From assembly GCF_030144855.1 (NCBI RefSeq), contig NW_026779721.1:186001-250000 (forward strand): a DNA stretch of 64,000 nucleotides, in the 5' to 3' direction. Within the stretch, counting starts at the first letter, position 1, and the number at the start of each line of letters is the position of its first letter. Made by a program: the position numbers and the translations under genes. This DNA is from Hypanus sabinus. Its lineage: Eukaryota. Below, in pieces: positions 12,501 through 24,460 of this stretch. The notes beneath the pieces were generated by a model. It ran no database searches. It was not told the DNA's origin and was given only the letters and a program-made list of their open reading frames with translations.

Positions 12501-13769
12501 TGGCAGTCATTGCTTCCAAAGGAACTCCAGAAACAAACATCTGATCCCAGACGAGAAATACTCGATCAACACCTCACAAGCCCAAGCAGCTCGATCCCCG
12601 GGTCCACTTTCCCTAGATCAAAAACTATGATATCCCAGGACCCAACCTCACAGAGTCACACAGCTTAATCTGCCACTCACCGACCCTGAGAGTCTCACAC
12701 ATTGTCCCCACATCTCACACTGGGTAGTGCAATCCAGGATTTCCCCACAACCAATGTCCAGCTGCTCGAAGAAGGACATCCATCCAGCCCCATCTGTAGA
12801 AGCACTAAGCAAAGTCAAAGCCAAAACACCAGCAGTTCCATTTCCCTGGAATGCTGATCACAGGACTAGAGCCCAAGCACCAACTCTCCCAGAACTCTTT
12901 GCTGACTGTAATATGATGAAGTGTGTCAGGCAGTCACAGTTCACAAAATAGGACTCCACACCAATGCACAACAGAACTGGCACCTGATGAGCCTCTGGCT
13001 TTCCAGCTGACAAAAACTGATTCTGGAAACAACTCAGCAAGGCCGAAGGTGTAAAAGAATACTTCACAATGAAGCCAAGAATGATTGCCGATATATATCA
13101 CTAAAGAGGTGTGACACAGGGTGGACCAAGGTTGACCCAGATAGTTGATGCATGTCACTGAAGTTGATGGGAGAGAGACTGGACAGAGGTTGAACAAGAT
13201 GGGCAGGGAATGAGCAGATGGAATGAGGTGGAGAAGAAATCAAGGACGATCAATTATGGTTCTCCAGCAATACACAGATACTGAATTAATAGTACTCACT
13301 ACTGTATAAAGGATCTTAAAATGACAAAGTTAGAACAAAACAACAAGAACTTTGCCATATATACTTTGAACCCTCACCAAACTTTTATCAACACACCATA
13401 GAAAGTTTCCCATTCAGACACTTCATGCTTTTCATGGTAACTGCTCTGCCCGTGACTGTGAGGAACAGCAGAGACCTTTGGACCCAGATCAGCACATCAC
13501 AGAAACCATTCTCACACTAGACTTTCCAGTCCCTCAGGAAAGCAGGTAGTGAAATCAAAGATCCCCACAACCTGGTACATTCTCCTTCCTCACCCACCCC
13601 AGTCCGGGAGAAGACACCAGCCAAAAAGCTCAAAGACAAATGTGAGGAGGCTCAGGAAGTGAGACAAGTTGGGGGAAGTTAACGGGACTCAGTGGCCAAC
13701 ATTAGATTCCCCAACACAACATGGAGGAAGCATCACCTCACATCCGGGGACTCTGACCGCACACCACAT

Positions 13770-14240
13770 GATCTTGAGTCACAAACCAGAGGGCGGGGTA
13801 GATCTGTGTTAAACAGCCTCATGTGACCTGTTGGTGGGTCTCCCATTTCAACTCTGTGGAAATAAAGTGCCTGGGCTCCTGGTTTGGATCGTTCAATGCA
13901 GATTAAGTGACATCTACATATTTTTGAAGAGCCCAGATAATAGGAAAATAAATGAGTAATTGGCCCTCAGTTCAGCACTCACGGCTAACATTGGATCTCC
14001 CCACTCGGGATCGGTCTCAATACGCACTGATGGGAAAACGATATCTTCGGCCCGCAGACTGTGATCTGATCCCTGGCTTCCTGACCCAGGAGGGGAGGAC
14101 CTTTTCCCAATCCCGCAGACGATCCGCTTCAGCACTGAGCAGAAAGGAAAACACCACCCAACCGGAGACAGTGAGCAGGCGCGAAGAGTTAGTTACATCT
14201 GTGGATAAATGGGAGGGGCAAACAGGATCACGTGACTGGT
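13770..14240 (-). promoter_or_regulatory. CpG-decayed paralog of the ZNF-B promoter and first exon
   Basis: Aligns by eye to 32765-33270 with many CpG changed to TpG or CpA. Confidence 0.5.
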
Positions 14241-14519
14241 GGGGTCCCCCCCCCCCCAGGCAGAGAGTCCAGCTACCCACCACTTCTGTGGAAAGAGACA
14301 AATTTGCCGCTCAGATTTCCTCTCACCTTAATTGTATTAGACATTTCAACCCCCAGGAAAAATATATTATCTGTCCACACAGATTCATAATCAGGTTTAT
14401 TATCACTGGCGTGTGGTGTAAACTTTGTTAACTTTGCAGCAGCATTTCAATGCAAGACATAATATAGACAAAAAAGAAAACACAAAACAAAATAATAAGA
14501 ATTACAGTATATGTATATC

Positions 14520-15510
14520 TGGGACCATTGCTCATCGTGATTGTTATAAATGACTTGGATGAGGAAGTGAAGTGATGTGTTAGTAAATTTGCTGATGACA
14601 CAAATGTTGGGGGTGTTGTGGATAGTGTGGAGGGCTGTCAGAGGTCACAGTAGGATACCGAAAGGATGCAAAACTGGGCTGAGAAGTTGCAAATGGATTT
14701 CAATCTGGATAAGTTTGAAGTTGTTCAATTTATTAGGTCAAACATGATGGCAGAATATAGCATTAATGGTAAGCCTCTTCACAGTGTGGAGGATCAGCGG
14801 GATCTTGGGGTCTGAGTCCAGAGGACACTCAAACCTACTATGCAGGTTGACTCTGTGGTTAAGACGACAAACGGTGCATTGACCTTTATTAATCGTGGGA
14901 TTGAGTTTAGGAGCCGAGAAGTTTTGTTGCAGCTATATAGGAACCTGGTCACACTCCACTGTGCTCAATTCTGGTCACCTCACTACAGGAAGAATGTGGA
15001 AACCTTAGAAAGGGTGCAGAGGCACGTTACAAGGATGTTGCCTGGATTGGGGAGCATACCTTATGAGAATAGGTTGAGTGAACTCGGCCTTTTCTCCTTG
15101 GAGCGACAGAGGATGAGAGGTGACCTGATAGAAGTATATAAGTTTATGAGAGGAATTGATCATGTGGGTAGTCAGAGGCCTTTTCCCAGTGCTGAATTGG
15201 TTACCACAAGAGGGCACAGGTTTAAGTTGCTGGGGAGTACGTACAGAGGAGATATCAGGGGTGAGTTTTTTTTTTGCCAGAGATTGGTGGGGAGTGGTGT
15301 AATGGACTGCCGGCAATGTTTATGGAAGTGGGCATAATAGAGTCTTTTCGGAGATTTTTGGATAGGTACCTGGCGGCACTGGAGAAAAACTAACTTAGAA
15401 AAATAGAGGGCAATGGGTAACTATAGTAATTTCTAAGGTAGGGACATGTCAGCACGACTTTGTGGGTCAAAGGGCCTGTACTGTTCTGTAGGGTTTCTAT
15501 TATTCTATGA
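14520..15510 (+). mobile_element. CR1 LINE 3' fragment
   Basis: KFADDT motif region plus ORF 14840-15337 (QFWSPHYRK...LERVQR...MRGDLIEVYK) and a (TTCTA)n-like tail. Confidence 0.85.
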
Positions 15511-15759
15511 ATAAATTAAAAATCATGCAAAAAGCAGAAATATTATATATTTATATTGAGGTCGTGTTCAAGGGTTCAATGTCCATTTGGCTATCAGATG
15601 GCAGAGGGGAAGAAACTGTTCCTGTATCACTGAGTGTGTGCCTTCAGGCTTCTGTACCTCTCTCTCTCTCTGATGGTAACTTTCAGAAAAGGGCAGCCCT
15701 GGGTGCTGGAGTTCGTTAATAATGGACGCTGCCTTTCTGAGACACTGCTTCTAATCCTT

Positions 15760-16190
15760 TGGTAATCTTATAAACGTCTATTCAGTCTCATCCCAGCCGG
15801 CACGTCTCCAGAGAAAACAACTCAAGTTTGTCCAACCTCTCGTTATAGCTCATGCCCTCTATTCCAGGCAGTGTCCTGGTAAACCTCTTCTGCGCCCTCT
15901 CCAAAGCCCCGACATGCTTCAGAGAACGACAGCGACCACAAATGTATGAAACACTCCAGATGTGGCCTAATTAATCTTATAAAGCTGCAACACAACTTCC
16001 AGACTTTTGAACACAATGATAAAGACAACCACACCATTTGCCTTCTTAACCTGTGCAGATCAATCTGTGCGGTCGCTTTCAGGGAGCGATGATCTCGGAC
16101 TCCAAGATACCTCTGATCATCAACACTATTCAGGGTCTTGCATTTAACAGTGTACTGTCTCTTTACATTCCACCGACCGAGCTGCGAAGA
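15760..16190 (-). mobile_element. CR1 LINE fragment
   Basis: LIRPHLEC..W peptide. Paralogous to 33420-34745 and 59555-59990. Confidence 0.7.
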
Positions 16191-16544
16191 TGATCATCAC
16201 TAATCAAATCTCACTGAGATTTCTCAGGTCCTGTTGAATTTATTGCCAAGTGCACAAGTACGAGAAGGTACAGGTACAGAGAAACACTGACTTGTAGCAG
16301 CATCACAGACAAGTCTATTCAGATTACACACGGGACACAAATTATACGATTCTCTGTCAGTAACAGTATAGAAATATGTTTACGTCATCCTGCTAATAGG
16401 ACCAGAACAACAGGGGCTGAGCGGCGGCTCATCTCAGAGACCTTGTGAGACCTTCACACCGGACCGACCCCGGCAGATTCTGTGAAGGAAGCGAGGCGAG
16501 GCCGCCAGTCCGGGAAAGTTCATCCCAACCCCCTTCAGGTTTCA

Positions 16545-16727
16545 TAGATCACCTTCTGTTTCTCTCTCCCTTCCCCACCCCCACCTTTTATTCTCCAGTC
16601 CTGCCGAAGGGTTTCGGCCGGTTATGTCGACTGTACTCTTCTCCTAGATGCTGCCCGGCCTGCTGAGTTCCTCCAGCATTTTGTGCGCGTTGCTCGCATT
16701 TCCAGCAACTGCAGATTTTCTTTGTTT
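16545..16727 (+). mobile_element. Penelope-like element terminal (pLTR) fragment
   Basis: gatgctgcccggcctgctgagttcctccagcattttgtg... is shared with the GIY-YIG-bearing copy at 46140-46710. Confidence 0.65.
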
Positions 16728-16789
16728 GAGTTCAGGAAAGTTAACTCACTACCCAACGTCAGAACTCCCCGATCGGAACTGGCTTCAAT

Positions 16790-17045
16790 ACTCACCGAAG
16801 GAAAATTGTTGGTGTTGCCCCGCAGAGAATAATCCGTCTCCGGCTCCCCGTCCAAGGGGCCGAGAACCCACTCCCCATCCCGATCTCACCACCGACCCGG
16901 TTTCACAAAGAACAAAAAAACAGCACTGCCAAGCCCGGGAATGTGAGCATGCGCAATGCGTCATCAGGCGGTGGGCGGGGCCTCGGAAACAAACCCGAAG
17001 ATGCTTCCGATCTGCGGCAAAACGGGATCACGTGACCCGGTGACT
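16790..17045 (-). promoter_or_regulatory. CpG-island promoter and putative non-coding first exon of ZNF-A
   Basis: NRF1-like GCATGCGC, CRE half-site, GC box GGGCGGGG and E-box TCACGTGA. Minus-strand donor GTGAGT near 16796. Confidence 0.55.
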
Positions 17046-18229
17046 GTTCCTCGCCCTTCACACACTTCCCTGCCCACCGCCGCATTTCCCACATTATTTT
17101 ATTATTTCCCTATATTATTTCCAAATTTAAACCAGATATGTATTTAGCTTTTCCCACCATATCTTCCCCGGTCCCGTTCCCTCCAGACCCAAGTCACAGA
17201 GCGCTCAGAGTTAGAGTTTCGATTCCCATCCCAGTCAGAAACTGAACTCAGACCCAAACCGGAAATGTGCAGATTTCATTTAAATCAGTCTATGTCAGTA
17301 AACACTAATTTCTATTCACATTCCTCCGGCCTCACTGAACAGGAACACTGAATCATTAAGTGAGAAACAGCAGCAGGAGGCCATTCAGCCCTTCTAACAT
17401 CAACAAAATGGCGGCTGCTCTCCCTTCTTAGCCACAAACTTCTGCCCGATCCTCTTTTCCTCGATTCCCCTCGGTGTCCACACATCTGCTTTTCTCTGTT
17501 TTATGTGAGGACGATCACTGAGTCTTCACCACCCTCTGTGGTGGGGATTTACAAACATTCACCACCCTCAGAGTGGAGACATTTACCCTCATCTCAGTCC
17601 CGGACGGTCCATCCCTGTTTCAGAGACTGGGATCCCTGGTTCAACCGGTAATGATGTTGTGCATTTCAATGTGTTCACCTTTCAGTCCTCGCTTCTCTAA
17701 ATGAAAGGGTTATCACATTTGATCTTTCTTCATATGATGACCCCACCACTCCAGGGATTAGTCTGGTGAATCTTCATTGCACGCTTTATAACAAATACTC
17801 TCTAACCTCTTTGTTAATCCTCTGTGGAATTAATTTCCATCTTCTGCAGCACCGTGTTGGTCCAACCACTTACTTCCCACCCTTGTCACTATTTCCACCT
17901 TCCACCTTCCACCTCCCCCCTCACCTGGATCCACCTCTCACTCTCCAGCTCTTGCCCCATCCCCACCCCTCTCCTCTTTTCTCTGACTATTTTCCGTCTA
18001 CCAGAGGGAGGGTCTCGGCCCGAAATGTTGACGGTCCATTTCCCTCCACAGATGCTGCCCGACCCACTGAGTTCCTCAGGCAGCGTCTTTGTATCCTGGT
18101 AAACTAACAGCCTGACAATGTGGACAATGGATACCCCTTCCTCTAAAAGTCATCGAATCACTCAGACGGCTAATTGCTGACAGGAATTATATTTGTTGGT
18201 CATTACATTCCAGCTGGATGGAGTTGATG

Positions 18230-18540
18230 GGGAATTCGGCGTGTCCCCGTGAAACAGCCGAACAGCCGAGCTCTCTGCACTGTCCCTCCGGCTCCGGCCA
18301 GTGGTGGCGCTGTAGGGACCCCCGGCCAGTGTCTTGAGCATAGGGAGACGCGCAGGCGAGCTGCCGACACTAAGCCTCGCAACTCCGAGCGGCGGTGAGC
18401 CCGGGCCGATATCGGGTTTGTGTAAATCGGGGGCCGGTAGCAGTGAGAAAGGGCCTGGCCCAAGCTCTGCCGGGTGGCTGTGGGCTCCAGGCACTCCTCA
18501 GCCCCGGTTTTAACTTTGCGACCGAGCCCGGGCTGTGGGA
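18230..18540 (+). promoter_or_regulatory. divergent CpG-island promoter with putative first exon
   Basis: CpG-rich, with donor gcg|GTGAGC at 18395. Homologous to 57400-57660. Confidence 0.45.
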
Positions 18541-19224
18541 TCAATTCCTTGTGGTTCTCCAAGGGGTGAAGGGGATCTGTCCGTGTGTGTTGGTAGAGGT
18601 TATCAGTGGAGTGTGGGCGTGGGGTTGTAAGCGGGTTGGGTTCTGTTGCGAGAAAGTGGGATGATTGGACATTCCGTGATACAGGGAGGAGGGTACTGAG
18701 ACAAACTAAGTTGTAAACAAGGGATGATCTGGTGAACTGGATCAGACAGCTTCGCTCGCATGTCCTTTCAGGAAACAACAATTCTCTCTTCATATTAATG
18801 ACCGTCTAAGATTGCTGTTCTCAAGAATATGAGTTACAAGATTGTGTGTTACAGAGCCCCAGAGTCCAGGACAGCGGTCTCCGTCATGGGCTGCGAGTGC
18901 AGATTGGGAAGGGGGAGGGTGTGTCAGTGACCTGTGCATCAGAGGACACGGGTTTCTACATCCTCCTGTGAGGTATAAATGTCCTTACAGTGAATTCGGA
19001 TATGCTGGCATATCGGGAGTCTGAAAGGGAAAGGGAATCAGGAAGGGGCTCAGGACAGAGTTTTAACAGAAGAACATGTTCAGGGGTAAAGGGGTACAGG
19101 AGCTGTCTAATAGATCCTTTTATTTATTTATTTTTTGTTTGTGTGAACTCACAGAAGGTGACTGAGGAAGAAACTTGTTGACGGAGGATACCCAGAGGCG
19201 AGCAGGTCAGGCACAGAATCAGGA

Positions 19225-19455
19225 ATTGAATTGAATTTATTTCATTCATTCATGAGGAGTATGTCTCCATCTAAATGTGCAAAGTGCAATCATAGTAATT
19301 TATAAGAGTTTATAATAATTAAAACAGACAATGTAATATAGAGTACATTCAAGTCAGCGTCAGTTCATCAGTCTGATGGCCTGGTGAAAGAAGCTGTCCC
19401 AGAGCCTGTTGGTCCTGGCTTTTATGCTGTTATGGTGGTAGCAGCTGGAATAGAG
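19225..19455 (-). mobile_element. Rex1/Babar 3' fragment
   Basis: Peptide IKARTNRLWDSFFHQAIRLMN and an (AATTG)n tail. Confidence 0.7.
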
Positions 19456-21289
19456 TGACAGAGATGTTATTTCCTTTGTCACGGGTACAGACAGTCGTCT
19501 CAAGTGAGGAGTTTGTGTGGAGATGCAGCTCCCCTGGAGATGGAGGAAAGAGGACACACCAACAGGTGGAACCAGCTGCGGGAAGACATGATTTTTCAGG
19601 TCTGACGATGAGCTGAATGTACCATAACCTTCAGACTGAATCAGAAAACCATTCTGAGGGTATTTGAAACGTCAGAAGCAGGGGAGATGTGATCACATGT
19701 GCAGAGGGCAGGGTTTGTGTCTACAGAACCTCAGTGAGATGGTTCAAGTGCAGGGTTGAAAGCACAGTGTTTGGTGCGGGATTTAATCACTGATTGTGAC
19801 ACTGTGAGAGGGTTAGTTTTGCTGTAAGGCAGCAACATTAATGGAAGACACAGGAACTTCATCAATTGCCAGTTATTTAGCAGAAGTGACCAATCCCAAT
19901 GCTACCTTGACAGAAACAGATACTTCCAATGGTGACAAAGGGGTTCAGTCTGGATTATTTTAGGTTGGAGAGGGGTGTGGAGTTTTGAAATCAATGCCTT
20001 GCGGTGCCACCATCGTTAATTTAGCATGTCCGGAGTGGTGGATCACACAGCACGGAAACAGGCCTTTGGCCGGCCATACCTGTTCTGACCATCCACTCAC
20101 TGTCTACACGGGTCCCATTTATCAGCACTTGGTTCACAGCCGACTGTATCTCGGCAGTTTCAATGCTCATCCTCTTCGTAAATGTTGTGAAGGGACCTGC
20201 CTCCACCACCACCTCGGGCAGTGAGTTCCAGATTTCAGCTACCCTCTGAGTGAGAAATCTCCTCCTCAGATCCCTCTGAACCACTTCATCCTCTGCTTAA
20301 ATCCATGCCCTCTGATCGGTGGCATCTCTGTCCCAGGATCGTGGCCGATATGGGCATCAGTGAGTTCTTTCATACGGTTCAGCATGGTAAGTTGCTGTCG
20401 AAAGTTAGATCACACGGGGTCCAGGGAGAGCTGGTTAACTGGATGCACAGTTGTCTTGATGGTAGGAAGCAGAGAGTGATGGTGGGAGGCTGTTTATTGG
20501 ACTCGAGGCCCGAGCCCAGTGAGGTTCCCCAGGGTTACACCCCATTGCTCTCATTATTCATTGATATTTAATTATATTTGGATTTGCATAGTTGGTTGAA
20601 TTCTGTGCTCTACTTGATCTTTCATCGATCATGTTACTATTCTAAAGATTTGCTAAGTATTCTTGTAGGAAAAGATATCTCAGGGTTTTATGTGGTATCT
20701 GACTATATAAAAGTTATGTACTCTGATAATAAAATTTACTTTGAACATCAACCATTGCTACTTGTCATCTGGATCAGTAATCTGGTTAAGAATATACAGG
20801 CTATGGAGAGTAGGTTTGCAGCAAGTTAAAACAATTAATTTTTCTCAAAAAATATTAAGTATAAACACTCCGCTCTGTTTCCCTCTCCGCACTCAACCAC
20901 CCCTCCCTTTACTGTCTTCCCTCTCTGCCCCGTCCACCCTCTCATCCTGACATTTCACATAAGTTCCGTGTGAAAGTGAATTATTTTCAGGGAATCTGAA
21001 GGGGAATTCTTCACTTTGGTGAAGAGGTTGATGAGAGTGTGGAATGAGCTGCCAGTGGAAGTGGAGGATGTGGGTTTGATTTAGACACTAAAGAGGGATT
21101 TGGGTGAGGACGTGGGTGGGAGGTGTATGGAGGCTCTGATGCAGGTAGCTGGAAATGGGCAGTAACAACAAAAACAGGTCAGCATTGACTAGAAGGGCTG
21201 ATAGGCCTGTTTCATTGCTGCTTGGCTCTGTGATTCTAATAATATTGTGGTTTGTAATTTCCACAGTTAGTACATTGCTACTAATGTCT

Positions 21290-21585
21290 GAACCCAGAAA
21301 TTTGCCCAAACAAGAATTGAAAGACTCTTGGCTGGCTAAAAAACGTGTCTGCAAGCTGTGATACTTGTCAAAGGGGGTGCTACTGAAAATGTAGGGCGCC
21401 CAAACATTTGCTTCTGGCCCTTTTCCTTTTTTTGTTATTTTGAAACTGTAATAGACTGAAATAAAAATGTAATCTTGCTTAAATATTAAAGAAATGTGTC
21501 ATCTCTAACTTTATGCCTTTTGGAAATCAGGTTGTCTTTTACTCGCTGATCTATTCACATGAGCAGAACTTTTGACAGGGGGTCA
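21290..21585 (+). mobile_element. Tc1-like DNA transposon 3' fragment
   Basis: IERLLAG*KTCLQAVILVKGGAT resembles the Tc1 transposase C-terminus, followed by an AT-rich terminal repeat. Confidence 0.65.
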
Positions 21586-21589
21586 AAAG

Positions 21590-22365
21590 CAAGGAAAATC
21601 ATTGGGAAAATCAGATCGCTACTGGAAGAGTGGATTGGGAAAATCAGTTCTGCACTGGATCTCAAGAGAGAGAATTTCTAGAATGTCTACGAGATGGCTT
21701 TTTAGAACAGCTTGTTGTTGAGCCCACTAGGGGATCGGCTGTACTGGATTGGGTATTGTGTGATGAAACAGAGGTAATTAGAGAGATGGAAGTGAAGGAA
21801 CCCTTAGTGATGACAACATGATTGAGTACACTGTGAAATTTGAGAAAGAGAAGCCAAAATCAGATGTGTCAGTATTTCAGCGGAGTAAAGGAAATTACAG
21901 TAGCATGAGAGATGAACTGGCCAAGGTTGACTGGAAAGGGACACTAGCAGGGAGGACGGCAGAGCAGCAGTGGCTGGAGTTTATGCGAGAAGTGAGGAAA
22001 GTGCAAGACAGATATATTCCAAAGTAAACTAAGTTTTCGAATGGATAAAGTATGTAACCGTGGCTGACAAGAGAAGTCAAAGCCAAAGTAAAAGCAAAGC
22101 AGAGGGCATACAAGGAAGCAAAACTTAGTGTGAAGACAGAGGATTGGGAAGTTTTTTTAAAAACTTACGAAAGAAAAGTATGGTCATTAATAGAGAAAAG
22201 AAGAACTATGAAAGAAAGATAGCAAATAATATCAAAAAGGATACTAAAATCTTTTTCAAGTATATAAGGAGTAAAAAAACAGGTGAGGTAGATACATGAC
22301 CGAAAGAAAATGATGTTGGAGAAATTGTAAATGGAGATAAGGATATGGCGGAGGAACTGAACTGA
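21590..22365 (+). mobile_element. CR1 LINE ORF2 fragment (endonuclease end and tether)
   Basis: Peptides FLECLRDGFLEQLVVEPTRGSAVLDWVL and QQWLEF...YIPK. Confidence 0.85.
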
Positions 22366-23890
22366 CTCCATGTGTGTATATGCAATTATGATAAGAAATA
22401 CAGACCATAAAACTTAAATGACAAGCTGGCTCAGAAAAATAAATCATCACTCTGGATGAAAACATTAACCAGTGAAATGTGTATGTCCCTCCATGGGAGA
22501 CATCCCAATGATCTGAGCAGACGAGATGGTGACAAGGAAGCATCGAGCACCTGACTGAGAGTTGGAGACTTCTTCCCAGAAACAGAGGAGTTCCTTGCGG
22601 AAATACAGGACGAGGTGGGTAACAAAAGTAAAACAAATCGAAACTTCATGAAATACAAACAAACAAAGCAGTAAGTGCAGAAAAGTCCAAGAGAAACCAG
22701 ACACAGTCCAACACATTCTAGGATCCTGCAGCAGTTTAACTCAATCTGATTACTTACGCAGGTACAATCAAGTGGCAAATATCTTTCACCAAAATCTTGC
22801 TTTAAAATACAAACTCATGAATGCCCTCCATCACCTCATGAAAACACCATAAATTCAAGCCTGATCCAGTTTTAGAGCCAAAATCTTGCAAATTATATGA
22901 TCATCAATACATTATTTCAGATAGGTCAATCCATCTGGTTATAATATTACAGGATAAACAAGCAGGAACAACTCCCCCAATAGATAAAACCATTCCTAAC
23001 ACACATGTTCCTCAACCAGTGGAACACCTCACAACAGGTAGTGTTTGTGTCGTCAGTCAGATAACCTAATTACTTTCTCTGTCAATCTGCTTCCAAATGT
23101 CATTCGTTGACATGCCCTGTTGCTGAATCCCCTCTCCTCATCATACGTTCTTACCCCGAACATCGTCCAGGGCCCCAAACTCTTCTCTGTGCAGACCTGC
23201 CTCTGGTTTCTGACCCAGCTTCATTGAAAATCCAATTGATGACTTCCCACTCTGCTTTCAGTCTTTAGAGGACAGTGGTGTTCGCTAACAACATTTTAGA
23301 AGTGGGGAAAGTGACCCATAATGTGGACATGAGTCGTGATTAAGGAGGTTAACTCCCAATGTCCTTCTTCCTCAGCCCAGAGATTAGAGGGGCAAAGAAC
23401 ATCTCAGACAGATGCGCAGTCAGCTCGACTTCTTCAGTCTGCAAGAAATTCAAGGGAAACATATTCACCCACAGAGTGATGACTATTTGGACCTCATCCC
23501 AGGGAGAGTGAGAGGTGAACAACAGGGGAGGATTTGAAAGATCTGTTGTGGAACAGAATCACTGGCAGGGTTCAGCCGGCCTGAGTTGACTCTCTACTGT
23601 ACACTAGGTGTGTTATAAATTCACTAAGTAACAGAGACAGTGCTTAAGATAGAACTGATTCATTTGTCACAGATCTAGTCCCATTAAAAGTGAATATGCA
23701 GCAGAAGAAACTCCTCCCATGCCCAGTGACCAGGGTGCAGAACTGGGTGTGGTGAGCAGCAGCAATAATTGCAGAGTTCAACACTTACAATCACTCTCAA
23801 AATAGCATTCAGCAATGGTGATGGACAAATATCCTGCATGAAGCTTATTGAAACTTTCTCCCCTGTGTGAATCCGGTAGTGTGTTGTAAG

Positions 23891-24306
23891 TGTAACACAC
23901 TGTAAGGTTTCACTGCTAATGTAATGACCTCTCTGTAATGTTTCACTGCTGAGGTAGTGGTTTCTCTGCAGCAGCAATGTTTAGGATACAACTAGAGATA
24001 ACAGGGTTTTGGAGTGCTGGGCTATCCAATGACAGAAATGTTCTTTCTTGTGCGTCTGGATGAGAGAATTTCATGTGTTTTTGCTGTGGAGAGATGAGAA
24101 GCTACAAATGGGGAGAGTGGGCCCTTTTTTTTTACTTTACTAACCCTTTAGTCAAAGTAAGAATTATGAATCACATCTTGCGTACTGTTTGTTATTTTGG
24201 GGTATTGATTTGTAACAGGGGATGCGGCGCAGCATCCACACACATTTGGCTGAGCTAGGGGGCTATCACCCCCTATATTAAGCTGCTAGCCGGAGTGAGA
24301 GTTACA
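23891..24306. mobile_element. solo LTR (416 bp) inserted in the last ZNF-B finger repeat
   Basis: TGTAAC...GTTACA termini with a 4-bp TSD TAAG (23887-23890 and 24307-24310). Removing it restores ...SSNLTTHYRIHTGEK. Confidence 0.85.
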
Positions 24307-24343
24307 TAAGGTTAGATGACTGAGTGAATACATTCCCACATTA

Positions 24344-24460
<117 letters not shown>

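Noticed and set aside
12984-13004. CTGATGA-GCC-TCT-GGC as a hammerhead ribozyme
   Set aside because: The required GAAA box does not follow stem II.
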